Shown here one piece after another: positions 38,755 to 49,989 of a stretch of DNA of 64,000 nt; position 1 is the stretch's first letter, and each line of letters opens with the position of its first letter. The notes beneath the pieces are model-generated. The model did not search any database. It was given only the letters and a program-made list of their open reading frames with translations, and was not told the DNA's origin. The stretch lies in NCBI GenBank assembly GCA_963733035.1, contig CAVTBU010000008.1, forward strand, positions 1-64,000. Reading direction: 5' to 3'. The DNA comes from Pirellulales bacterium (GTDB taxonomy: Bacteria > Planctomycetota > Planctomycetia > Pirellulales > PALSA-1355). The position numbers and the translations under genes were made by a program.

Positions 38755-39688
38755 ATGGACCGTTTCGTCCCCCTATTCATTGCGGAAGCGGTCGTTACCC
38801 GCCGTCGGTGGTGGTTGTCAATTTGCCTCTGGGCCGTTTTGAACCTCAATACCAGTGTCATCCGCGCAGGTACTGAGCCCAATACCGGACCCTGACGTCG
38901 TCGCCCAGCTTGGCCCCCTGCGCCGCTGGTTGGCGACTCACCCGGAGCGGGACGAGACCGTGCCAACGGTCATCCAGACGGATCGCCCCAGTTTCACCGC
39001 CGCGCACACGCTCGTGCCCAAGGGTTGGGCGCAGCTTGAAAGTGGCTATCAGTTCACGCATAACCGCAGCGGAAGCCTGCTAACAAATGCGAACGGCGGT
39101 CCACAATTGAACCTCCGTTTGGGACTGACGGACTGGGTCGAATGGCGGACGCTGTGGTCGGGCGTCACGTCGACGGCGGAACATGACCTAAACAGCAGCA
39201 TACATCGATTTGAAACATCGTCGGCAAACCTGCAAACCGGCGTCAAGCTGCGGGCGACGAACGCCAATGGCTGGGTTCCGCAGTCGGCACTGATTGTGAC
39301 CGCGTTCCTGCCGACCGGATACGGCACGTCGGCCAGTCGTCGAGTGGCCCCGCAAGTCGACTACATTTACTCCTGGGCACTGACCGACGTCTGGAGTTTC
39401 ACGGGCAGCACCGGCACCGTGTTGGCGCGCGACGGCCAGCAGGGGGCCGACGAGTTTTTCCAGTCGTTGGTGCTGGGACAAGAGTGGTCGGATCAAATCA
39501 GCACCTACGGAGAGTGGTATATCATCGACAGCCAAAGCGCCGTCAGCAATTCCACGCCTCAAACGATGGACGCGGGCGTGCTCTGGCGGCCGCTGCCGAA
39601 CATTCAATTCGACTGGCGAGCCGGATTTGGTCTGAATCAGGCCGCCGACAACTTCTTCACCGGCGTCGGCTTTTCAGCCCGGTATTAG
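38755..39688 (+). pseudogene. Outer-membrane beta-barrel 'transporter' (MetA-pathway-of-phenol-degradation-like), apparent frameshift near 38880-38890
   Basis: Barrel part IQTDRPSFT..QLESGY..LRLGL..FTGVGFSARY is in frame 38855; a signal-peptide-like segment (RRRWWLSICLWAVL) lies in another frame from ATG 38755. Confidence 0.6.
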
Positions 39689-39853
39689 GTGTTCGGCGCC
39701 ATCTGCGCCAGATCCGGTGAGGCACTCCACGTCGCTAAATTCCCGCTGAATCACGTCGTCACCATATTTTTGGGATAATCTCCTGGTGGCGGCGTCTTAT
39801 TCGTGTCGGCCGACATGCAGCCGCCCTGGACGTAGACCGGAGCACCGACATCG

Positions 39854-40366
39854 ATGGGGCATGACGACCAGACGCCAGCCTGGCTGGCGGAACTGCTTGC
39901 CGAGCACGGGCGATCGCTTGTGCTGTACGCTCGGCAGTGGTGCGATTGCCCCGAGGATGTTGTGCAGGACGCGCTGGTGGAACTAGTTTCACGGCGAGAG
40001 CGGCCCGAGCGGGTGGCAGCCTGGCTATTTCGCGTGGTACGCAACGGCGCGATTAGCGCGGGCCGCAGCATACGCCGCCGCCGGCACCGCGAGCAACAGT
40101 CGGCGACGAGCGAAGCGTGGTTCGAAAATGCTGCCGCCGCGCTCGACGCGGAAGCCGCCTCGGCGGCGCTTGCGAGCTTGTCGGCGGAACTGCGCGAAGT
40201 CGTGGTGGCAAGAATTTGGGGCGAGCTGACATTTGTAGAAATCGGCGAACTGACCGGAACATCGAGCAGCACGTCACAACGCCGCTATGAAGCGGGCCTC
40301 CGCGTTCTGCAAGCCAAACTGGAGAAGCCATGCGCGACACAGGAACACCCCTCGAACCCGAACTGA
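39854..40366 (+). CDS. ECF RNA polymerase sigma factor
   Basis: LYARQW, EDVVQDA, AWLFRVVRN, REVVVARIWGELTFVEIG. Confidence 0.92.
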   Translation: MGHDDQTPAWLAELLAEHGRSLVLYARQWCDCPEDVVQDALVELVSRRERPERVAAWLFRVVRNGAISAGRSIRRRRHREQQSATSEAWFENAAAALDAEAASAALASLSAELREVVVARIWGELTFVEIGELTGTSSSTSQRRYEAGLRVLQAKLEKPCATQEHPSNPN

Positions 40367-40845
40367 CCCAACTCGAGGCTCAGCTCGCCGGTCTGGCACC
40401 GCGATCTGGTCTCAACCGCGACCGGTTGATGTTTGCGGCTGGACGCAAAGCCGCAGACCAGCGGCTGCGCAAGACGAATCGAGTTCTCACGATGGCGACC
40501 GTCGCATTCGCGGGCCTGGCATGCCTACCGCTACTCTCCGGTCGGTCGCCACGGCAGGACCTCACCTCGCCCACAAACCTGGCGAACAAGCCGATCGAGC
40601 AAGCGATTTTCGTGCAACCTCGCCCATCACCACGTACGCTTACCGTCGGCGATAGCGGAGCACTCTCGATTGCCCTGAGCCAAGGCACCCCTGCGGACAG
40701 GGCCAAGCAGCCGTGGGAGCACCGCGACGAACCGCCCATCGAGCCGTTTGCGGACGGTTCGGCATTGGGCGTCGATTTCAGTCTACCGCCAACGTCACGC
40801 GCGCTGATGCGGCGTTACCTGGAATCGACGAGCGAACGACTCTAA
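40330..40845 (+). CDS. Hypothetical single-TM protein, candidate anti-sigma factor
   Basis: Overlaps the sigma gene; LEAQLAGLAP..NRDRLMFAAGR followed by one TM helix. Confidence 0.65.
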   Translation: MRDTGTPLEPELTQLEAQLAGLAPRSGLNRDRLMFAAGRKAADQRLRKTNRVLTMATVAFAGLACLPLLSGRSPRQDLTSPTNLANKPIEQAIFVQPRPSPRTLTVGDSGALSIALSQGTPADRAKQPWEHRDEPPIEPFADGSALGVDFSLPPTSRALMRRYLESTSERL

Positions 40846-40899
40846 TACTTTACGATCGTGGTTCTAACCGAATTCGGTCTTTGAGGACGGGTCCCAAAC

Positions 40900-42345
40900 A
40901 TGTGCACTTTCCACCGATTTCTATCGACAAGCATTTGCCTGGCCACGTTGGTCGGATCCTTTGCAATCCGCCCAGCGGTCTTCGGAGAAGAACCAGCGCC
41001 GGAAACCTACGAATTGACAGTCAGTCCGGCCGCCGAACCGGTTCCAGCACTCAAGTATCACCTATTGCCGCCGCTGGAGGATCAAGTACCCGGCAACGCG
41101 GTGCCCATTTATCTGCGAATCATTTTTGAGCATGCATCCGGGGAATGGCATCGCCTTTTGCGAGACAAACCTGGGCAGCTACTGGAAATCCCTATCGACG
41201 ACTTGCCGCTGGACGAAGCGTCCAAGGTACTCTCGACATTTGAGGGCGAACTGCGCCAAATGACGGCAGCAGGGAAGCGATCCTACGCCAATTGGGAATA
41301 CGTGCAGGAGGAAGATCCGCTAACCACGCTGCTTCCCGACGCTCAATCGATGCGCAGCTACGCTCGGTTGATCGCATTGCGGGCACGGTACGAAGTTCGC
41401 CAAGGCAATCCGCTAGAGGCCGTGGCCAGCCTGCGCGACGGACTTGCACTCGCGCGGCATGTATCAGACGCTTCGTTCCTGGTAAACCAATTCGTTGGCG
41501 TTGCCGTTGCTAAGATTGTACTCGCAGAAGTCGACCAGGTCGTCTGCCTCGAAAATGCACCGAATCTCTACTGGGCGCTAGCCGAACTACCGAAGCCGTT
41601 AATCCCCTTCAGCAACGGCTTGGCTACCGAAAGCCAAATCATTCAATTGCGGTTTCCCGAGCTGGTTGTGCCCAAGGCTTCAATCAACTGGGGGGAGCTA
41701 TCTGAGCGGATGCGGCGTTGGGCAGTCCAGGTGGTAACGTGGGAAGAGACAGACAATGCTGCCGCTCTAACCGCACAGATATTAAAGACGCCCTCGTCAG
41801 AACAACTCGATACCGCTCGCGATGAGCTTTCTCGAATGACGGATTATTCGCCAGAAGAGGTAGCTGCCATGAGCGACTCCGAGATTGAGGTTCGATATAC
41901 GCTAGCGTTGCATGGCGTTATCTACGATGCCTGGCGCAAATGGTATTCGGTGCCTTATTTCCAGGCCCTACCCAAAATAGAACATGTCACCGAACAATTA
42001 CAGGCCGACGCTCGTCGTCGCGAAATCTACCCGCTCGTCTCGATACTCGCGCCGCTCCGCACTAATCTGAGCAACTTGTTGTCAGGTCCGTTGCAGAATA
42101 CGCGGCAAATAGCCCGCCAGCAGGTGATTGAGGCCCTTCGCATGCATGCCGCGCAGGCTGGCAAGCTTCCGACTACGCTCGACGAAGTGACGGTCGTGCC
42201 CGTGCCGCTCGATCCGGCGACCGGCGGACCCTTTGCTTATAAGCTCGAAGATGGCGTAGCCACGCTCGACGTCACCGATTTGGCAGGTATGCAGCGAGAC
42301 ATCTTGCGAGTTCCTGTTAAGGTTCGGCTACGGCAAGGCGAGTAG
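40900..42345 (+). CDS. Hypothetical exported helical protein
   Basis: Signal peptide; PVPALKYHLLP, PNLYWAL, IEALRMHAA, PLDPATG.PF.Y. Confidence 0.8.
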   Translation: MCTFHRFLSTSICLATLVGSFAIRPAVFGEEPAPETYELTVSPAAEPVPALKYHLLPPLEDQVPGNAVPIYLRIIFEHASGEWHRLLRDKPGQLLEIPIDDLPLDEASKVLSTFEGELRQMTAAGKRSYANWEYVQEEDPLTTLLPDAQSMRSYARLIALRARYEVRQGNPLEAVASLRDGLALARHVSDASFLVNQFVGVAVAKIVLAEVDQVVCLENAPNLYWALAELPKPLIPFSNGLATESQIIQLRFPELVVPKASINWGELSERMRRWAVQVVTWEETDNAAALTAQILKTPSSEQLDTARDELSRMTDYSPEEVAAMSDSEIEVRYTLALHGVIYDAWRKWYSVPYFQALPKIEHVTEQLQADARRREIYPLVSILAPLRTNLSNLLSGPLQNTRQIARQQVIEALRMHAAQAGKLPTTLDEVTVVPVPLDPATGGPFAYKLEDGVATLDVTDLAGMQRDILRVPVKVRLRQGE

Positions 42346-42458
42346 TGCTGGGCAGGCTCTTGGCGATCGACTAGACTTGAAGCCACCGTCGGCCGGCGAG
42401 GAAGTATTCTTGCCCACCGGCTCGCCGACCGATCTTTCGCTCTCCAGGATTTTCCGCC

Positions 42459-43793
42459 ATGCATCGCTTTCGATTCACGTGTCTCGTTCTCATGCCACTG
42501 TTCGCGGGAATTGCACACGCGCACGAAGACCATCCGCCAAAGGTGCTGGACGAAAGCCTGTACCGGGCGACTCCCATGCCCGACCGGATCATCCTCACCT
42601 GGAACGGCGATCCGGCGCACTCGCAGGCGGTCACCTGGCGTACGGACACTTCCATCAAGAAGGGTTTGGCCGAAATCGCTGTTTCCGAGCCCGGCCCGGG
42701 ATTTGCCAAAAAGGCCAAGCAAGTGGAAGCCACGACCACCTTACACGAAAGCGACTTAGGACCCACTCATTATCACAGCGTGGAGTTCAAGGATCTCACG
42801 CCATCGACCAAATACGCCTACCGCGTTGGCGACGGCACAAACTGGAGCGAGTGGATTCAATTCACGACCGCCAGCGACAAGCCCGAGCCGTTCTCGTTCA
42901 TCTACTTCGGCGACGCCCAGAACGACGTCCGGTCACACTGGTCGCGGGTGATTCGAGAGGCCCACAGCGACGCCCCAAAAGCCCGCTTCATGATTCACGC
43001 CGGCGACCTGATCAACAGCGGGAACCGCGATGCCGAATGGGGTGAGTGGTTCGGCGCCGGCGGCTGGCTGAACGCCATGGTCCCAAGCATCGCCACACCT
43101 GGCAATCACGAATACGCGCACGATCCCGAGCGTCCGCTATTGCGAAGGCAACTTTCCCACCATTGGCGCCCACAGTTTACGCTGCCCGAAAACGGACTCT
43201 CCGGCCTCGAAGAAACGGTCTACTGGATCGACTACCAGGGCGTACGGATCGTGTCGCTCAACTCCAACGAACGCGAAAAGGAACAAGTTCCTTGGCTCGA
43301 GGGAGTATTGAAAGACAACCCAAACAAGTGGACGGTGCTAACGTTCCATCATCCCGTCTATTCCACCGCCAAGGGACGCGACAACCCGGATATTCGCGGA
43401 CTCTGGAAGCCCGTGTTTGACAAGTATCGCGTGGATCTGGTGCTGCAAGGCCACGACCACGGCTACGGCCGTTTTGGGCAGGACCTGTCCGAAAACGTCG
43501 GCAGCGGCGCCAACGCCCGCAGTCCGGAAGGCGGCACGATCTATGTCGTTTCGGTAAGCGGCCCAAAGATGTACCGGGTGGAGCGCACCCCGGCCATGCA
43601 CCGGGCGGCGGAAAACACGCAACTCTATCAGATCGTCTCGATTGACGGCGATACGCTCCGCTACCAGGCTCGCACCGCGACGGGCGAACTCTATGACGCG
43701 TTTCGTCTAGTCAAGCAGCCGGGCGAGATCAACAAACTGGTGGATGAAATTCCCAATACCCCTGAGCGGCTTAACCAACTCGAAGGCAAATAA
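42459..43793 (+). CDS. Secreted metallophosphoesterase (purple acid phosphatase-like, N-terminal FN3-like domain)
   Basis: FGDAQ, HAGDL, PGNHE, FHHPVY, LQGHDH. Confidence 0.92.
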   Translation: MHRFRFTCLVLMPLFAGIAHAHEDHPPKVLDESLYRATPMPDRIILTWNGDPAHSQAVTWRTDTSIKKGLAEIAVSEPGPGFAKKAKQVEATTTLHESDLGPTHYHSVEFKDLTPSTKYAYRVGDGTNWSEWIQFTTASDKPEPFSFIYFGDAQNDVRSHWSRVIREAHSDAPKARFMIHAGDLINSGNRDAEWGEWFGAGGWLNAMVPSIATPGNHEYAHDPERPLLRRQLSHHWRPQFTLPENGLSGLEETVYWIDYQGVRIVSLNSNEREKEQVPWLEGVLKDNPNKWTVLTFHHPVYSTAKGRDNPDIRGLWKPVFDKYRVDLVLQGHDHGYGRFGQDLSENVGSGANARSPEGGTIYVVSVSGPKMYRVERTPAMHRAAENTQLYQIVSIDGDTLRYQARTATGELYDAFRLVKQPGEINKLVDEIPNTPERLNQLEGK

Positions 43794-43801
43794 GCCGGCA
43801 G

Positions 43802-44935
43802 TCAGGCCTTGCTCTCGCTCGCCTTCGGTATCACTGCCACGCGGGGCGCCTTGGACGCGAGCGCGTGGGCGAAGGCAGCGTCGGCCTCGAGTAGCGGATA
43901 TCGGCCCTCAACTAGCTGGGCGAACGGAAACTCAGCCTGCCCCACGCGGAGGAACTCAATCGCTCCAATCAAGTCGGCTGGCGTGTAATTGTGCACACCT
44001 TCGATGCGGAGCAACCGCCGCACGAGAAACTCTGGCGAAAGCGGCACGTCGCGCGTCGGAAATACCGTGCCCACAAGGACGTAATGACCACCCATCCGCA
44101 GAAGCTTTATTCCAGCTTCGATCGCGGCCGGAGAGCCCGACAGTTCGAGTGCCACATCGACACCGTGGCCGGCGGTGACACTCGCGACAGCGTCCGTCAG
44201 AGCACGGGCGTCAGGCTCAATGAGTACGGTCTGCGTTGCGCCAAAGCGTTCTGCCCATTTCAGCCGCTCCTCGTCGAGGTCGGCCACGATCACTTCGCGC
44301 GCTTGCTGATGTCGGGCCATTGCCGCGGCCGTCAAGCCCAACATGCCGGCACCTTGCACCAGGACCGTACGATCACGGCAATCGCCGGCCACGCGCATTG
44401 CGGCCGCGACGGTCGCGGTCGCACAATTGGCCGGACAGGCAACCTCGTCGGGAAGGGAATCGGGGACTTTCAAAATCGCCGTCCCCCGAGCAAGATGACA
44501 ATGCTCGGACAACCCGCCGCTTAGCGGATGCCGGGGATCGGTCCGTTCATGACCGTACTTAAACAGGTGCTCGCATTTCTGCGGCAATCCGAGTTCGCAG
44601 TAAAAGCATGAACCACAACTTGCGGCCACGCTCCACGTCACCCGATCACCTATCGCCAATTTGTGGCCGGCCAGGTCAAGCGGCGGATCGCCGGGACGCA
44701 TTTCGGCGACGCGTCCAATAATCTCGTGTCCTAAAATGGTGGGGAAGGGGGTATCGCGACGGCCCCCAAAACTGTGCAAGTCGCTGCCGCAGAGCGTGGT
44801 ACAAGTGACCTCAACCAACAGCTCGCCCGCGCCAAGTGTTGGCCGCGAGAACTCGCGCAACGCGAGTGGCCGTCCCGGCCCTTCGAATACCATGGCGCAC
44901 GACTTTTTGGTCATCGATTTGGTGGCTACGCTCAT
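43802..44935 (-). CDS. Zinc-binding alcohol dehydrogenase
   Basis: LCGSDLH, LGHEIIG, CGSCFYC..C, ANCATATV, GAGMLG; ATGA-coupled to the MFS gene. Confidence 0.92.
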   Translation of the reverse strand: MSVATKSMTKKSCAMVFEGPGRPLALREFSRPTLGAGELLVEVTCTTLCGSDLHSFGGRRDTPFPTILGHEIIGRVAEMRPGDPPLDLAGHKLAIGDRVTWSVAASCGSCFYCELGLPQKCEHLFKYGHERTDPRHPLSGGLSEHCHLARGTAILKVPDSLPDEVACPANCATATVAAAMRVAGDCRDRTVLVQGAGMLGLTAAAMARHQQAREVIVADLDEERLKWAERFGATQTVLIEPDARALTDAVASVTAGHGVDVALELSGSPAAIEAGIKLLRMGGHYVLVGTVFPTRDVPLSPEFLVRRLLRIEGVHNYTPADLIGAIEFLRVGQAEFPFAQLVEGRYPLLEADAAFAHALASKAPRVAVIPKASESKA

Positions 44936-46356
44936 GACGTTCCTCCTGTTGCTGACGAACGCGAACCGGTAGTCCATACGCTCAGCGCCGCCAGCCCGGC
45001 CCCCATACCCGTCACCGACGCGAGCACAAGAAACAAAGCCGGATAGCCATAACCGGCACGGTCGCCGATCAAGTATCCAAGCACAGGGCCCTGCAGGGCG
45101 GCGCCACCGTAGGCTAGCGCATCCATTAGTCCCACGGCCGTACCTGAATTCTCGCGTCCGACGACGTCCGGGCAAATCGCCCACAGCGGACCTTGCGCAC
45201 CATAAACGAAGAAACCCGCCAGAAACAAGAGAGCAATCCCCAGGCGTTGATCGCCGACGGCCGATACCGGATTGGCTCGCATGATCAAGAAGCAAACAGC
45301 GCTAATGACCAGAAAGATGGCTACGACCGCGGCACGACGCCTGAGGAACCAGCGATCGGAACAGTATCCGCCGACCACCGCCCCCAGGCCCATGCCAATG
45401 GGCAAAGCCAGGGTCAATTTCAGCGCATCGTTCACTCCCAGCCCCGAATCGCTGTAGTACGCGGTCGTCCAGGTAAGCAATCCATAGCGTGCAAAGCTTT
45501 GGAAAACAATCACCACGGCAGCCAGCAAGAAGGCGGGGTTGCCCAGCACGGCCCGGTACCGATCGAACCAATGCATGACCTCGGCCGATGACGCAGCCCC
45601 GTCAGATTCTTCGGCCATACAATCGTCGCCGAGTGGTGGCAGGCCCACCTCCTCGGGCTCATCGCGAACCAGCAAATAAAACAACACTCCGGCCGCGCCA
45701 AGCGATAGCACCGGCAAGCGGAATAACCAGCGCCAGCGGCTCGGATCATCGTCCGCGAATTGCGCGAGGACCAAATCGCTCGTACACCACACCATCACGG
45801 TCGCCGCGCCGGCCGAAAGCATGTACAAACCGAACGCCAAGCCACGGCGATCGCGAGGCCACCAGATCGAAATCAGCCGCCCGCCAGGCGCCCAGCCCAT
45901 GCTTTGCACGAAGCCGTTGGCCCCCCAAACCACCAACAGCCAGAAGGCTGTATCGAGGAAACTAAACACCCAGCAGAGAACCATCGAACCGAGCGCTCCG
46001 AGCGTAACCATCCGACGCGCACCGAGCCAATCACCGAGATTGCCGTTGATGGCCTGCCCGACGCCGTAAGTCGCCAGCGCCGCGGCCGCGAGCCATCCGA
46101 GTTGCTGCTTGGAGTACCCCAAATCCCGTTCCATCAGTGGCATGGCGTGGCCGATCGCCAGCCGCCCCGTGTAATAAAACAGGTAGCAGCCCATCAGTGC
46201 GACCAGCACGCGCCATTGCCAGAAGCGAAAACGGGAGTCCAAAGAGGAGACGTCGGCGTTCAAACTGATCCCAGAAGTCGAAGGAGTTATGAGGGATGAC
46301 ACCAATCCCGGGACAATGAAATTGTTCCTTGTGTCAGGATACAGCAGGCCGGGCAT
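44932..46356 (-). CDS. MFS transporter, organophosphate:Pi antiporter (GlpT/UhpT)-like
   Basis: About 12 TM; YLFYYTGR, YGVGQAINGNLGD, NGFVQSMGW, SDRWF, GFFVYG. Confidence 0.88.
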   Translation of the reverse strand: MPGLLYPDTRNNFIVPGLVSSLITPSTSGISLNADVSSLDSRFRFWQWRVLVALMGCYLFYYTGRLAIGHAMPLMERDLGYSKQQLGWLAAAALATYGVGQAINGNLGDWLGARRMVTLGALGSMVLCWVFSFLDTAFWLLVVWGANGFVQSMGWAPGGRLISIWWPRDRRGLAFGLYMLSAGAATVMVWCTSDLVLAQFADDDPSRWRWLFRLPVLSLGAAGVLFYLLVRDEPEEVGLPPLGDDCMAEESDGAASSAEVMHWFDRYRAVLGNPAFLLAAVVIVFQSFARYGLLTWTTAYYSDSGLGVNDALKLTLALPIGMGLGAVVGGYCSDRWFLRRRAAVVAIFLVISAVCFLIMRANPVSAVGDQRLGIALLFLAGFFVYGAQGPLWAICPDVVGRENSGTAVGLMDALAYGGAALQGPVLGYLIGDRAGYGYPALFLVLASVTGMGAGLAALSVWTTGSRSSATGGTS

Positions 46357-46449
46357 GCGTCGCAGGTGAACACGCGTTTCTCACATTTCGTCGTCGCCGC
46401 TACAATAAGCGTCCGACAAAAGGCCTCTGCCCTTGAACAGGAATTGCAA

Positions 46450-47685
46450 GTGAGCAAGACCCACCGACTTCGCCGGCTCTTACACCCACGTCGCGCAGCG
46501 CCAGGCTCCGCACCAGGCACTCTCGTCGCCGATCCACGAGCGCCCAAGCCCGTCGTTCACGTCTTGGCCTATGACGGCCAGAAGTACACGGAGCGCGATT
46601 TACGCACGTCAGCGGAGATCAAACAACTTCCTCAAATCCTTGAACAACATCAGGTCACGTGGGTTAATGTCCATGGCCTGGGCGATACCGAGATCGTCGG
46701 ACGTTTAGGTGAAATCTTTGGACTGCACCCGCTGGCCTTGGAAGATGTGCTCAACAATCATCAGCGATCCAAGGTTGAGCAATACGGCGACAACTTGTTC
46801 ATCGTCGCCCGGATGCTCGAAGGCGGCATGACGATGGCCACCGATCAGCTTGGAATGTTCCTGGGCAAGAACTACGTCGTGACGTTCCAGCACTTGCACG
46901 GAGACTGTTTCGACCCATTGCGCGAGCGTATCCGCCGCGAACGTGGAATCATTCGAACCTCGGGTCCCGACTACCTGGCGTATGCCATTCTCGACGGCGT
47001 GGTGGACTCCTACTTCCCCATTTGCGAAGGCTTTGGCGACCACATCGAATCGCTCGAGGAAGAGATTATTCGCGAAGTCGACGGTGAAGTCGTCTCGCGA
47101 ATCCACAATGTAAAAAGTAAGCTCCTGGTCATCCGCAAGGCAGTCTGGCCACTGCGCGACGCCCTGCATATCCTGGTGCGCGATCCCATTCCGCTGATTA
47201 CCGAGAATACGCGCATTTATTTGCGCAACTGCGCCGACCACACGTTTCAGATCATTGATCTCGTGGAAACATACCGCGAGTTGTCGTCCAACCTGATGGA
47301 TCTGTATCACTCGGTGCTCGCCAACCGCACGAACGAAGTCATGCAAATGCTGACCGTGATTGCCACGATCTTCATCCCCCTCACGTTCATCGTCGGCGTC
47401 TACGGCATGAATTTCACATACATGCCCGAATTGCGCTGGCGTTATGGCTACGCCATGGTCTGGTGCAGCATGGCCTTCGTGGCCGGCAGTCTGCTGTGGT
47501 ATTTCAAAAAGAAGGACTGGCTCCCGCGCCGAGAGCGGCCGCAACTTCCAACCAATAGCGACCAAAACGGCGAACCGCGCGGCTACGCGCGATTTTATCT
47601 GGATCGGTCAAATCTGGTTGATGGCGCTCGAGTGCGGCCCGGCCACTCCGTCAATCGTCGTGGGTCGAGGGGCGAACGCGCTTGA
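46450..47685 (+). CDS. corA: Magnesium/cobalt transporter
   Basis: LHPLALEDV, QRSKVE, NEVMQMLT..IFIPLTFIVGVYGMNF..MPEL. Confidence 0.95.
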   Translation: MSKTHRLRRLLHPRRAAPGSAPGTLVADPRAPKPVVHVLAYDGQKYTERDLRTSAEIKQLPQILEQHQVTWVNVHGLGDTEIVGRLGEIFGLHPLALEDVLNNHQRSKVEQYGDNLFIVARMLEGGMTMATDQLGMFLGKNYVVTFQHLHGDCFDPLRERIRRERGIIRTSGPDYLAYAILDGVVDSYFPICEGFGDHIESLEEEIIREVDGEVVSRIHNVKSKLLVIRKAVWPLRDALHILVRDPIPLITENTRIYLRNCADHTFQIIDLVETYRELSSNLMDLYHSVLANRTNEVMQMLTVIATIFIPLTFIVGVYGMNFTYMPELRWRYGYAMVWCSMAFVAGSLLWYFKKKDWLPRRERPQLPTNSDQNGEPRGYARFYLDRSNLVDGARVRPGHSVNRRGSRGERA

Positions 47686-47724
47686 GTTGCCGGCGCGAAT
47701 TCCGTTCGAGTCGAGCCAAATGCC

Positions 47725-49557
47725 TTACGCGCGACGACGGGCCTGCTTGCGACGTTCGGTTTCGCTCAACACGATCTTGCGCAAGCGAACGCTCGCTGGT
47801 GTCACTTCAACCAATTCGTCTTCCTCGATGTACTCGAGGGCGGCTTCCAGGTTTAAGAGGCGCGGTGGCTTGAGCAGGATATTGCGATCACTGCCGGAAG
47901 CTCGCATGTTCGTGAGTTTTTTCTCCTTGGTCGGATTGACGGCCATGTCATCATTGCGGCTATTCTCACCGACGATCATGCCCTCATAGACCACATCGCC
48001 CGGGCCGACAAACATCTCGGCCCGCTCCTGCAATCCATCCAGACCGAAGGCCACCGCCTTGCCCGACACCATCGACACCAGCACACCGTTGGCGCGGCCG
48101 ACAATTTCGCCCTCCATCGGCCGGTACACCTCGAAACGATGATGCATGATCGCCGTGCCCTGTGTGGCATTGAGCAACCGCGTTCGCAGGCCAATTAATC
48201 CCCGAGCAGGAATCGAAAACGCAACGTGCGCATATTCTCCGCGAGTATTCATTTCAATCATCTGACCGCGGCGCGCTCCGACCAATTCCATTACCGTGCC
48301 CAGCTTATCGTGCGGCACTTCCACGATCAGCGATTCGAACGGCTCCTCGGTAATCCCGTCGCGGTCGCGCAGAATGACCTGTGGTTTGCCGACAGACAGC
48401 TCATAACCTTCGCGGCGCATGGTTTCGATGAGCACGCTCAAGTGCAGCAAGCCTCGGCCACTCACGGCATAGGCATCCGAACCGGCGACGGGCTCGACCC
48501 GCAGTGCCACGTTCCGTTCGAGTTCCTTGTAAAGCCGGTCTCGCAGATGCCGGCTCGTCACGTATTTACCTTCGCGGCCGGCCAGCGGTGAGCTATTGAT
48601 ACTGAAGATCATCTGCAGTGTCGGCTCGTCGACAGCCACGCGCGGCATGGCTTGCCGCAGGTTCACGTCGCTCACGGTGTCACCGATCTCAACGTTTTCC
48701 AACCCTACCAGGGCGACAATGTCGCCGGCCGTTGCTTCGTTGACTTCCGTGCGGCCCAACTTGTCAAACGTATACAGGTTGATCACTTTGCAAACCGACT
48801 GTCGGTCGCCGGACTGCATCAGGGCCACTTGTTGCCCCTTGTTCACCTTGCCCGAAAAAATGCGCCCCACGGCGATGCGTCCCACGTAGTCGGACCAATC
48901 GAGTGTGGTCACCAGCATTTGCAATGGCGATTCGGCGTCGATTTCCGGCCCGGGAATGTGCTCGAGGACCATGTCCAAGAGCGGCCGCATCGACTCGCCC
49001 TTCACGTCGGGGTCAGTGGTGGCGAAACCGTCGCGACCGCTGGCATAGATGTGCGGAAAGTCAGCCAGATGCTCGGCCCCTAATTCCAGGAACAGCTCGA
49101 AAACCTCGTCGAGCACCTCCAGCGGCCGGGCGTCCGGGCGATCGATCTTGTTGATTACGACGAGTGGTTGCAGTCCGACTTCGAGCGCCTTGGTTAGCAC
49201 AAATCGCGTTTGCGGCATCGGGCCTTCCGCCGCGTCCACAAGCACCAGTGCACCGCTGGCCATCCGTAGAACTCGTTCGACCTCACCGCCAAAGTCGGCG
49301 TGCCCGGGCGTGTCGATGACGTTGATCTTCACGCCCCGATAGGGGAGGGCGATGTTCTTGGCGAGGATCGTTATCCCGCGTTCGCGTTCCAGATCGTTCG
49401 AGTCGAGAATGCAGTCGCCCACCAATTGGCTCTCGCGGTACTCTCCGCTCTGGCGCAAAAGGGCGTCGACCAACGTTGTCTTGCCGTGGTCGACGTGGGC
49501 AATGATGGCAATGTTGCGGATGTCTTCGCGTTGCATGACAACGGGTTCAGTTTGCAT
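47725..49557 (-). CDS. typA: Translational GTPase TypA/BipA
   Basis: [58 protein letters not shown]; start 49557 or 49536. Confidence 0.97.
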   Translation of the reverse strand: MQTEPVVMQREDIRNIAIIAHVDHGKTTLVDALLRQSGEYRESQLVGDCILDSNDLERERGITILAKNIALPYRGVKINVIDTPGHADFGGEVERVLRMASGALVLVDAAEGPMPQTRFVLTKALEVGLQPLVVINKIDRPDARPLEVLDEVFELFLELGAEHLADFPHIYASGRDGFATTDPDVKGESMRPLLDMVLEHIPGPEIDAESPLQMLVTTLDWSDYVGRIAVGRIFSGKVNKGQQVALMQSGDRQSVCKVINLYTFDKLGRTEVNEATAGDIVALVGLENVEIGDTVSDVNLRQAMPRVAVDEPTLQMIFSINSSPLAGREGKYVTSRHLRDRLYKELERNVALRVEPVAGSDAYAVSGRGLLHLSVLIETMRREGYELSVGKPQVILRDRDGITEEPFESLIVEVPHDKLGTVMELVGARRGQMIEMNTRGEYAHVAFSIPARGLIGLRTRLLNATQGTAIMHHRFEVYRPMEGEIVGRANGVLVSMVSGKAVAFGLDGLQERAEMFVGPGDVVYEGMIVGENSRNDDMAVNPTKEKKLTNMRASGSDRNILLKPPRLLNLEAALEYIEEDELVEVTPASVRLRKIVLSETERRKQARRRA

Positions 49558-49989
49558 AAGCTTGGAGACCTGGCGGATCCGTTCCGGTGGGGAAGATCGA
49601 GTGCTGGGGGCGTCGTGCCCTGGTTTTAGGTTCGCCGGGGGCGTGACAGCACTCGTGCGAAAAAGCCGGCATCGGCCGGCCTGGCACATTTGGGGGAATC
49701 AAGCTCTCTATTCTATTGCAAAACCCGCGTTTTACATAGAGGCAGTGCTGCTCCAAGTGCGTTTAACACAACTCTCATACTGGCCGTCGGTCGACGCTTT
49801 GGTCGCTTTGTGAAAGCGTTGCGGTCGGTACCTCTTAAAGGAACGCCGCCCAGCCCCCTCATTTCTCGCTTCTTAACCGTGATAGCTGACAATTTCGCCA
49901 AATCCGGAAAACTCCCTCAAATCGGTAGAGTTTTACGGCCGATAACGGGGACGAACGTCGTTCAGAACCCGGTTTCGTGGGGATGTGCC

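Noticed and set aside
47520..47685. Unusual C-terminal extension on CorA
   Set aside because: Low-complexity tail without motifs; could be neutral stop drift or another indel
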